A DNA stretch of 63,826 bases, the filler included, from Corallochytrium limacisporum Hawaii (Eukaryota > Protista > Pluriformea), in assembly GCA_002811645.1 (NCBI GenBank). It is 5 parts of 5 records of this genome, joined end to end, with 100 filler letters (N's around TTAATTAATTAA, not from the genome) between each part and the next. Parts side by side here need not be neighbours in the genome. Positions count along the whole stretch, not along the records: positions 25,323 to 52,589 come from PDIP01000161.1; positions 52,690 to 61,154 come from PDIP01000005.1; 3 more parts are not named here. One strand, written 5' to 3'. Shown here one piece after another: positions 44,410 to 54,766 of the stretch (its first letter is position 1; each line of letters starts with the position of its first letter). Made by a program: the position numbers and the translations under genes. The notes beneath the pieces are model-generated. The model had not been told where the DNA came from. It was given only the letters and a program-made list of their open reading frames with translations, and did not search any database.

Positions 44410-45240
44410 AAAGCCCGCCAAAAACCACACAGAGCCGGTCGCCCTCTGGTCCTGGCACCTTGAGACCCGTAGACTGTATCGTCCCCCCAGTCTTCCTCGG
44501 CGTCGTCGGTCCCATTGCCCTTGGCTGCGGTACTGAAATTATGGGGAAAAGTAATCGGCTTTTCCCCGGCCCACCGGGAATGGACCCAAAAAAAAATCGA
44601 CAAAAAAATCTCTTGGGACCATGCAAAAAAGGGAAGGTAGCCCCCGACGAGCGAACGGGTCGTGCCAGTGCCAGCCAATTGCATCACCGGCTCCCCCGAC
44701 TACTGGCTGCCAATGACGGGACACAGGGGAGAGGGAAGTGGGGAGGGGGGGGGGACAACCTCCGCCCACCCAACTTTTTAGGGGCCCGGATTGTACATGT
44801 ATTTGAAGGAAGTAATCAATATATTCTTATCAATCTGTGATTGAGAGCGGGACAAGGGGCAGGAAGCAAAGGAAAGGGAGAGAGGGAAGGGAGGAGAGGC
44901 AAGGGGGGGGGGGTGTGCTGAGGCTGGTTNNNNNNNNNNNNNNNNNNNNNNNNNNNNNNNNNNNNNNNNNNNNNNNNNNNNNNNNNNNNNNNNNNNNNNN
45001 NNNNNNNNNNNNNNNNNNNNNNNNNNNNNNNNNNNNNNNNNNNNNNNNNNNNNNNNNNNNNNNNNNNNNNNNNNNNNNNNNNNNNNNNNNNNNNNNNNNN
45101 NNNNNNNNNNNNNNNNNNNNNNNNNNNNNNNNNNNNNNNNNNNNNNNNNNNGGGGGGGTTGGGTGATATAGAGAGCGGGCCGGAGCGGGGCTGGGAGCGA
45201 AACCATCGAAGCCCGTGCTCTCGCTCACGTGGCTCTGTGT
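44410..45240. promoter_or_regulatory. GC-rich island between divergent DENND1-like and TTC4 genes
   Basis: G tracts surrounding a scaffold gap in a head-to-head intergenic region. Confidence 0.5.
44930..45151. other. Scaffold gap (222 N) in a G-rich island
   Basis: Plain N run flanked by G tracts. Confidence 0.95.
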
Positions 45241-45830
45241 GTAAGCCGTGCCTGCACTCCATCATTCCGGAAGGAACTTCACTAAGGAGAACGCCTCTGC
45301 ATTCTTCGCACCACTGCACAGACACAAGCGAGACATAGAGAGTGACCAGGGAAGGATGGGATGAGGATGTTGCCTCTGGTGGCTGCAGCAACTTCGTTTT
45401 ACTCCTGCCAGTCGCTGGTGGGTGCTGCTGCTTCGCTCAAGTGCACGATCGACCCGCAGTCTCCGGGCAAGTTGGGGCGACTCAGAACCCGGAGTGGGTT
45501 GAAGGGGGAGTTTGCGCACTCGGAGTTGGGTCTTGGCGGGGATGGTCGGAGTGTGTGTGGTATGAGCGCTTGGGCATTAACTTTGCGATCTGAAGCAGTT
45601 ATTTCATAGAGGATTAGGGATAATAGTATGAGAAATGGTACGTCTTTCAAAGAGTGCGCATGAGATTGAAAGGTTAGACCAATCTCTGAGAGAATACGCA
45701 GAGGGAAGCCACTTGGCACGCAATTCCGGGCCACTGGTGCACAAGAAGCTGGGCCTCATTTAGAATTGACATTCATTGGTGCATCAGATACTAGTAGAAA
45801 GCTCACCGAAATACACATAACAAAATCATT

Positions 45831-47036
45831 ATGGTGGACATTACAGACATAACGGATCCCGCGCAGTTCGATGAACTCCCCGATGAGTTCTACGAGGCCT
45901 ACAAACGCGGCGACATTCCCCGGTACAAGTACCACATGGACCTGGATAACTGGGAGGAGGAGATCGAGCGACACCCACTGCTCATGACCAAAGCCCCGGA
46001 GGGACCCATCGACCCGGAAAAGGCCCCCGCTTTGGCCGCACTACAGGCCATCATCCACGAAGAACAGGACCCGAACGAGAAAGCACGTTGGGCCAAAGAA
46101 AACGGCAACTCGGAATATCTCAAGAACGGCGGACGCAAAGGTGACCAGCGCGCGGTCCTAGCCTACACGGAGGGAATTAGTACGCAAGTGACAGACCTTG
46201 ACATGCTTGCTGCATTGTTCGCGAATCGCGCGCAGGCCAATCTGCGGCTCAAGAACTACGGCAGCTGTCTGAAAGATGTAATTCGTTCCTTGCGCATCAA
46301 GCCGGACTACAATGTGAAGGTGTACTTTCGTGGTGCAAAGGCTGCCACGGCCTTGGAGCGCTTTGATCAGGCAGATAAATTCCTAGAGAAGGGACTGGAA
46401 GTAGATCCGGGCAATACCGCCTTGGTTGCGCAGAAAAAGGAAACGGACCGCCTGCGTGCAGTCTGGGAGAAATCACAGCGTATGCGGGCAGAGCGTAGGG
46501 CAGAGAAGGAGGCGTTGCGCCAAAAGTACGCAGCCATGCTCGAGGAGCGCAACATTCAAATTGTTGACGAGGAGAGTGGAAGTTCAATGATGGCCAGGCA
46601 GAAAAACTACGACGGTATTGATTGGCAGGCCAAGCTTTCCAATCCGTTGGGCTGCGAGCTGCATATAGATCCTGAGGACGGTGACCTGCACTGGCCTGTG
46701 TTCTTCCTGTACCCCGAGTTCCAGCAGAGCGACTTTGTGCAGGATTGGGGCGAACACACGACGTTTCAGCAACACTGCGACGTGCTATTTGCTGAGCCTG
46801 CGCCCTGGGATACTAAGCACACGTACACCCCGGAAAGTGTGGAGATCTTTGTGGAAACCCACAATACCAAGAAGGTCCGTGAGGACATCTTGCCTGTTCC
46901 AAAGGATGCGACCCTGCGTCAGGTTCTGGGCGTGGACCATGTCGCCGTTGTGAACGGCATTCCAAAGTTCATTGTCTTTAGTAAACGCAACGAAGCGGCC
47001 AAATTGGACTTCTTCAAGCGTCATTTTGATAGCTGA
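45831..47036 (+). CDS. TTC4: TPR co-chaperone TTC4/Cns1
   Basis: HPLLMTKAP, LAALQAII, AKENGN, YTEGI, LFANRAQANL.LKNYGSC, LHWPVFFLYPEFQQSDF and VVNGIPKFIV. Confidence 0.92.
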   Translation: MVDITDITDPAQFDELPDEFYEAYKRGDIPRYKYHMDLDNWEEEIERHPLLMTKAPEGPIDPEKAPALAALQAIIHEEQDPNEKARWAKENGNSEYLKNGGRKGDQRAVLAYTEGISTQVTDLDMLAALFANRAQANLRLKNYGSCLKDVIRSLRIKPDYNVKVYFRGAKAATALERFDQADKFLEKGLEVDPGNTALVAQKKETDRLRAVWEKSQRMRAERRAEKEALRQKYAAMLEERNIQIVDEESGSSMMARQKNYDGIDWQAKLSNPLGCELHIDPEDGDLHWPVFFLYPEFQQSDFVQDWGEHTTFQQHCDVLFAEPAPWDTKHTYTPESVEIFVETHNTKKVREDILPVPKDATLRQVLGVDHVAVVNGIPKFIVFSKRNEAAKLDFFKRHFDS

Positions 47037-47145
47037 AAGACTCAAACAATCACATCATCATCAGATCAAAACCCTGACGTTAAGCCAAGCAATCCATTAA
47101 AGAAAGACTTTTACCTGTTGCATTCGCTCATAACCACGACAGTCA

Positions 47146-47199
47146 TACTTATGTATTATTGATAAAGCTAATTACTTATGTATTATTGTTAAAACTAAA
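47146..47199. repeat. 27-bp imperfect tandem duplication in the shared 3' region of convergent TTC4 and ABCC
   Basis: TACTTATGTATTATTGATAAAGCTAAT followed by TACTTATGTATTATTGTTAAAACTAAA. Confidence 0.85.
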
Positions 47200-47225
47200 A
47201 CGAGGGGAAGATCCCAATAATGGAT

Positions 47226-50200
47226 CTAGTCATGCGCAGCATTGGTTTTGGCCACCAGGTGTGCAAACATGGAGTCATTATCGTCCAAGAGCGTGTCCGG
47301 ACGGTCAAACTCTACAACACGGCCCTGATCCATGACCATGACCCGGTCTGAGTCCATAATTGTGTTCAAGCGGTGTGCAATAGTCAGTACTGTGCAGTCC
47401 TTGAAGGCGTCGCGGATGGTCTGCTGGATTAGACCGTCGAGCCTTGTATCAATGGATGCAGTAGCCTCGTCGAGGATGAGCACACGGCTGGCACGCAGCA
47501 GAGCGCGAGCCATGCAAATCAGCTGCCGCTCTCCGACGCTGAAGTTCTCACCATTCTCCATGACATACGCCTCGAGACGCTCCGGGTACGACAAGATACT
47601 TTCCTTCATGTGCACCTGTTCGAGCACGGACCAGAGACGGTCATCAGTGTGCTCGTCGAACGGGTCCAAGTTATAACGCAGGGATCCCGCAAAGAGGATT
47701 GGGTCCTGCGGAATGGTGCAGAGTTTGGAGCGCAGATCGTACAGTCCGATGTCCAAGACATTCACGCCGTCGATGAGAATAGCACCATCGCTGGGCTCGA
47801 CCAGGCGAAAGAGTGCAACTGCAATGGACGACTTGCCCGCGCCGGTCCGCCCCACAATCCCAACCTTCTCACCAGCTTTGATGGTACAGTGCATGTCCTT
47901 GAGCACAAGGGGCAAGCCGGGACGGTAGCGCAGGCTGACATGCTGGAATTCAATCTCACCGCCCGTGGGCCAGGTCTTGGGCGGCATATTTTTGTGTCGC
48001 GCAGCTTCCTGTGGAACATCACGGATGTAAGATCTGATGCGTTCGACAGAAGTGAAGCGAGACTCGGTCTCAGCGACCAGACGTACAGTGTACTGGAACA
48101 AACCGCCCATGGCCAGAACGTAGACAAGGGGTAGACCAGCCAGTTCCGGTTCGACACTGCCGCGTGTGCAAACCACGAGCAGCGCGGTGATCAGGACCGC
48201 AGACATCGTGATCAGATCCAGACGCACGGCCAACCAACGGTTAGAGACATAGAACGCAAATACACCCTGCAGGTTGGCATTTGCACGGTCGAAGGCCACA
48301 TTAACGAAACGCTTGACGTGACCAAACGCACGGACTGTGCTAAGAGCCTGCAGTGTGGCTTGGTAGTGGGCGTAGAGTGGACTACGGCTGATATTCTCCA
48401 GACGCTTCAATTCCCGCACGCTCTTGCGGAAATACAGGTTGAAGACATAGAAGAGTGCGGCCAGGAACGGCACGGCGGCCAGGAAGGTAGGGTAGACAAT
48501 GGCGACCACTATGGCCTGCACAAAGATCTGCGAGGCATTGTGGATCAGTTGCTCTGCGAAATTCGGCAGCTTCACATCTACTTCGTCGAGGTCCTTGCTG
48601 AAGCGATTCATGATGCGACCCAGCGGTGTGGTATCGAAGAAGCTCATCGGCGCCGCGGTGACGCGATCAAAGACAGCATTGTGCAGCTTCTGACTAGAGT
48701 TCAGTGTCAGAATAACAAAGACAATGCCACGCAGGGACTCCATGAGCAGGATACCGGCAGCTCCCGCAATGTAGATGCCAATGTAGAACTCCAAGTCTGG
48801 GTTCAAATGGATACTGTCGCTGTCATCCGGGCCATCGTAGTCTCCAGAACCCTGGCTGAGCCAGTAGCTGAGCCACAGATCGGTGAAAGTCTTCGCTAAG
48901 ATGGCCAGAAGGAAAGTGAACAGCATGAACACGTACAAAATCACACCACCACCACTCTTCATGTAGGACTTGTAGACAGCCCAGCCAATGCCACCCATCA
49001 TGCGCTCCTCATCGGTCATGAGCTTTCCTTCTTTGGTCAATCTCTCACCGTCAATATCCCGGTGGTGATCATCTTCATCTTCAGATGAGGAATGTTCGTC
49101 GGAAGCTTCGCCCTCCGGTGCCGCAGCGTAGATGTCGTCCACTGTAGCGGGTTTGTCCATGTCAAACGTGGGGCCACGTGTGTCATTGTCTTCGTCATAG
49201 TAGCTCAGAGCGCTCAGCGAGCGACGGTCGGCATCGACTTGAGTACGTTCGGTGTGAGTGCCGTCTACATCGAGCAGCGGATGACTCGGTACGTAGTCTG
49301 CACCACCACCCTGCATCATAACCTGCAGACTCTTCGCACTGTGGGGACGATCCTGCGCCAGCGCATTGTGATCAAGAGTCAGGGAAGAGCGACGGGCCTG
49401 GCCAAGGAGCTCCAAGCGGTCCCGGGGGGACGGGGGCCGTTCCATGACGGACGGACCGTGCTCCTCGATGTACAGTTTGGTACCCGCGCCAGGGGCGAGA
49501 GGGTCCATTGTTGAGCGCAGAATGTTAATGGATGGCGTTGCTTCGCTGGTGGCAGCCTCCACATCCTCGGGGATGTTGCTGGCAGATCCAAACAGATTGT
49601 CGTGGCTGCCACGAGCTGTGGTCGCGTCCATGTGATCCTGCATGATATCCTTGAAACTGACGCGCGTGTTATTCTTCACTGCACTCATAAGGTCACTGTA
49701 GCTGCCCATTTCTATGATCTGGCCACGGTCCATGAAGACACAAATGTCACACTGTGACAGGTACTGCAGTTGATGTGTGACCAAGAGGATGGTGCGGCCC
49801 GCCATCTCGCCTTTAATGGCTTGCTCAAATATGTGACGACCGACATGGGCATCCACCGCGGATAAGGGATCATCGAGCAAGACGGTGCGCTGGCCAGAGT
49901 AGATAACACGCGCAAGAGCTACACGCTGCTTCTGACCACCACTGAGGTTGATACCACGCTCGCCAATTTCGGTCATGTCCCCATTAGACAGGATCTTGAT
50001 GTCATCGACCAGTGCAGACGCCTCGATGGCATCCTGATACCGCTTCTCATCGTATTCCTCGCCAAACAGTACATTTTCACGCAGGGTAGAGTTGAAGATG
50101 ACTGCCTGCTGGGCAGCGTAGCCGACCGCGTTGTCCATGTGGACACTGCCATAGTTCTTAAACATCTGACCCAGGAGAGCGGAGAGCAATGAGGTCTTGC

Positions 50201-51849
50201 CGGAACCAACTGCACCGCAGATACCGACCAGAGATCCACGGGGAATGGCGATATTAATGTCCTTCAGGTTGCGCACCTCACCGTTCTTCTCTGATGCTGC
50301 CTCAGACATTCGCACATCTTGGATAAGACGTACCGTGGATGGGCGGATACCTTCAGAGATACTATACAATTCGCTGGTGCGGTCCGACATCCTGAGGTCT
50401 GATGCCCTTAGGTCAGACATCCGCAATTCATTAACGTCGGTCACCACGCTGCTGTCGTCCCAAGAGAAGAATCCGTCTTCGACCAGGACCGCATAGTCAG
50501 GATCCTCAGGTGACCCAAGGTTAACCTTTGTGAGCTCGTCCTCGATGAGCAAGGAGACCATGCGGCGCATTCCTACCATGCTCTCACTAAGGGCCTTGAT
50601 AGCCATGGGCAGAACATAGAATGGGAAGCGGAGAATAAGGAACGTACCCATCACCGTGAAGGCTTGTGACGCCGTCAATTCATTTCCGGCTGCCGTATGG
50701 CAGCTGAACGTTGCAATGGAGGCAATGACGGGAGCGAGCGGTGTGAAGGCGTGATTCATGCTCTGCAGCCACGCCGCACGTTTCAGATACTTCTTTTCCA
50801 AAGCGCGCAACTCGGCGATTTGACGGAAGAAAGACTCCTCCCACGCGTACATTTTGATCAGCTTGATGCTGCTCAGAATTTCGCCCATCAAGCGCACCCG
50901 GGCGTCTGACTGCGCAATCGCCTGGCGACGTAGTTTTGCAATCTTTGCCGCGACGCGTGTCTGGATCGGATAGAAGATGACGAAGACACCCAGACCAACC
51001 AAGGCACTGTAACCGAGATAGATTACAGTGTAGACAGTGACCAAAGTGGTGGCGAGGACCGCCAAGAACAGGAAACTGCCAAATAGGAAGCTTTCAAAGA
51101 AACGTTCTGAGTCGTTGGACACAATGTTGATGACATCGCCTATAGATCGATGGCCCAAGTTGCGCATCTTCAACACCTTTTCGTAGACCAATGCAAACAC
51201 GGCGCCCTTTGCCATGGTGGCACTATCCAATGCCCTGAAGAAATGGTGCGCAATAGACACCGAGCGCAGGGCCTCATTAGCCCCAAGCGCAAGGGCCAGA
51301 ACAATACCCTGCCAGAGGGGTTCTGAATCGTCCTCCAAGAATTCGATAATTTGACCGGAGGAAAAACATCGGGCTCAAGAAGGCAAAGATGGTAAAAATC
51401 GTCATCACGAGTAGTGTCATCTTCACTTCGTGAGAGTAAGCCCTCACGTACATCCAGAAGAGGGACAGATTGGACCGCTCCAGCATCCCCTTCTTTCCGT
51501 ATTTCTTGAGATCACTCTCGATGATCTTCTGGAACCGTTCCGAGCTAACCCGTACGTCCTGATTTTTACTGACCTTCCAAAGATCCTCTTGGGCAAGAGG
51601 TCGCAAGAACCCTGTGTTCATCATGGGGCTTGCCCATGAAAAATATGGATATGTGTACCACGGCGCATAGTCCAGCGGAGACTTGGGTGACTCTGCTGGC
51701 ACTGGCGGTACCGGCACCCTTCGCCCCCATATGTTCTTAGCTGTCTCTGGCAGATGGCTCGTTACATCTGCCCCCGCAGAGGACTTTTTGGCCTCTTTGT
51801 CCAAAGCTATTTGCTCCTTGCGGAGACTCTTTGCGTTCATCTCAGGCAT
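47226..51849 (-). CDS. ABCC/MRP-type ABC transporter (short form lacking TMD0, ABCC4/5-like), interrupted by a single extra base at about 51354-51358
   Basis: NBD1 GAVGSGKT / LSGGQKQRV / LLDD and NBD2 GRTGAGKS / FSVGERQL / ILDE. ORF 51277-51849 supplies the lasso and first TM; removing 1 nt gives ...SPMFFL(G/R)QIIEFLED... and about 1540 aa. Confidence 0.88.
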
Positions 51850-52589
51850 AATTGTTCAACGACCAGCGCGACTACCTAGTGACATGAATTCTTTCTGACG
51901 TTGACTGATTTTCGGTATGCACTGTTCAGTCGTCTTTGCACTCTTTGTGGCCTGATGATATTATTCTAGATAATGATCACGAAAAACGCCTCATGTATAG
52001 TTTGCTCTCTTGAACTACTCGCTACCTTCCAAACAGCTCTGTCGGGGCTTGTTGATTGAACTCATATGTTACACACCCATCCTCAGTGCTTAGAGCAAAG
52101 TCACTATTCATCCGCCTAGTTCCAACCATAACATGTACTGATCATTAGATTCTTCAAATAGAGTGCGCATTCGAGAGCCCAAAAAGGTCGGAACGACAGG
52201 TCTTGGACCACATGAAGCAAGCTCAGTGTCATCTGTCACGCACCTTTGGCACACCGAACGCTCCGAGACCCGCAGTCCGATCCCCCCTTCCCCTGTCCTT
52301 GGAATTTTTGTCGCCGTCTTCCCCAAAGAGTTTCCTTAGGGCTTCTCCCTCCTCCGATCGGAACGGACTCCTTTCTCGCCCGTTGGCGAGCTTGAGGCGG
52401 GGCAAAAAGCACGAAGGAAAAAAAGGGAAAAGAAAATTGGAACAAGAAAAAAAGGGAGAGAGGGAGGCCCGGAGGGGGGGGGGATATTAAAGCACACACA
52501 GCAGCGAACAGAGCGTGTAGGTGTAATACCTCCGTCAGCCCTAAAAAGAACGAAACCTCCGTTTCTTGTGCTTTCCCCCCTCCCTCCCC

Positions 52590-52689
52590 NNNNNNNNNNN
52601 NNNNNNNNNNNNNNNNNNNNNNNNNNNNNNNNNTTAATTAATTAANNNNNNNNNNNNNNNNNNNNNNNNNNNNNNNNNNNNNNNNNNNN
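52590..52689. other. Artificial contig linker
   Basis: Same cassette. Confidence 0.97.
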
Positions 52690-52780
52690 ATAAATAATCA
52701 TATAAATCACGATCCGGTATATATTTTCGAACGAAAATTTTGGTTGGATACGGAGTATACATTCAACTCAGAGGATAGTA
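52690..52780 (+). repeat. Dispersed structured AT-rich repeat, copy A (truncated by contig end)
   Basis: Reverse complement of 61066-61154 (2 mismatches) and of 63749-63826 (identical over the overlap). Confidence 0.95.
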
Positions 52781-53932
52781 ATATAATGGGGGAGAAGCAG
52801 GAACTTAAAAAAAAAAGGAAAAGAAAAAAAAAACTTTGTGCGTCCCGGACGATGAGGACGCAACGCGCAAAAGGGAGAGCACGGAATTCCGAATTTCGGC
52901 CTATCAGCGCTCCGCATTTTCCGAGGCTGGCTCCAAATCCTTCCTTTTGCAGAGATCGTCCGTTCTGATACTAAATGTATTGGTACAAATACCCCCAGGG
53001 GTTGCCACACAAGGACATATGGTAGAATGGGGGACTCTCCCTACCCAACAGCTCCCGCTTGCGTTCCCTGCCCCCCCCCCTCTTCTCTCCGTGTTTTTCC
53101 CTTTTCCTTTTTTTTTTCCCTTGGTTTCTTTTGTTGCGGCGTCCAACCAGGATTCAACGTTTAGCGCCATACCGCCACCCGGTCTCGTCAGGGATATTTT
53201 TTTAACATTTTCTATTTCTCTTTCTCTTTCTCCCCCAAAGACACACACACAGCCGGCCTGAAAAGCAGGACAAGTAAAGAAAGAAAAAAGAAAGAAAAGA
53301 GAGAGAGAGACACCCCGGAGAAAGGGGCGGGCGGCTTGGGGGGGGAGAGGGGGCCGAAGGGAAGAACAAAACACAATCCCGCGTAACAACCAATGGCCTC
53401 ACCCACAACCGCGTTTCGTATGTTAAATGTATGGATATTTATTGGCCTGCGATTGGAGACCGTTGTCTCTAAGTAAGGGGAGGAGGGTTGGGGGCTGGGT
53501 GGCCTGATGGGTCCATCGCTTCGCTGTGTTTCCCGCTTGCCGCTCACCGAAGGCGGAGGGGAGGGGAGGGGAGGGGGGAAAGCAGTTGACTCCGAAATCC
53601 CTCCGGTGGCCATGAATTCACAACGAGCATGGTCCTCTTGGTACCTAGCTGAATTCTAGAGGTCATTTTGATATATATTGTACTGAAAATCGAAACACAT
53701 TGGTGCCAACTGATTTCATTTTATCATATTCATTCCCCTCCGTTGTTGGCAGAAATGGCAGGTAGCTGGTCGTTGGGGAGCTAAGGTGACGGGAGCAACC
53801 ACCTTCGGTGGCTGAAAAGCCAGCGGGCGGGCGGTAGTGAATCAAGGGAAAATAGTGCAGGAAGCGACAGTGTGGAAAAAAAATAAGGGGGAAGGGCGGT
53901 TCGGAGGTCGATTGGGGGGAAAAGGGGGAGGG

Positions 53933-54066
53933 NNNNNNNNNNNNNNNNNNNNNNNNNNNNNNNNNNNNNNNNNNNNNNNNNNNNNNNNNNNNNNNNNNNN
54001 NNNNNNNNNNNNNNNNNNNNNNNNNNNNNNNNNNNNNNNNNNNNNNNNNNNNNNNNNNNNNNNNNN
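53933..54066. other. Scaffold gap (134 N)
   Basis: Plain N run after a G tract. Confidence 0.95.
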
Positions 54067-54766
54067 GGCAACGCCCCGCTTGGGCTGAGAGTATTGGCAA
54101 GTGTTTGGACATAATACACTGATCGTATATGTTTTAAAGGGGGTTTATTTAGGTTGCTGTTGAGGGTGCAGAACCGATTAAGGTTCAGTTCATGGGTGCC
54201 TGTGTGTCATGCAAGATGCAAGGGACAGAATTAACCGGTTTTCTACTCAGGAATTGAAGACCCCTTGTTGTTGGGAGACAAGGCAAGACACACACCGGAA
54301 GCATCCTTGTCAACTGTGTGCGGAGCTGAGGACAGACTGGAGAGTACCGACGTGTTATTGTCGTTGCTGTCGTCCCACACAACCAAACCTCGGAGCTTCT
54401 CTCTGTCCAGACCTTCTCTGTCTTCTTCTGGTTCTCAGGTGGACCCAAAGGTACTTCAGAGATCGCTGTGTCTCGCACGTCTAAGGATAGGAACTGTCTA
54501 CAGCTAAGACGCAAAAGCCCATCTTGTCGGATTATCAGCATTCGGCAAGAGAAGACTCCGTGTCAAACCAGTGTGTTTTGTGCGAGAGTGTGTTTAATTT
54601 ATGTGAAATCTAACAAATTGTATCAAGAACTTCGGGATAGGAAACGAAAAGGTTTTCCTCTTTAATTCTTCAGGGGTACTTTGACAGCCGTTCACTAAGT
54701 GCCTCTTGTTCGATCAAACCGACAGCAAGTCAATCGGTTTATAAGGGAAAAGAGCATCTTTCAACC

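Noticed and set aside
51323-51355. Tiny intron explaining the ABCC frame break
   Set aside because: Available GT..AG pairs are 23 and 33 nt, which give the wrong phase and would delete conserved QIIEFLE
52723-52767. Repeat as a tRNA/SINE (GTTCGA on the minus strand) or as a U4/U5 3' end
   Set aside because: No cloverleaf or complete A/B boxes; no U5 loop I or U4/U6 pairing motif in the visible part
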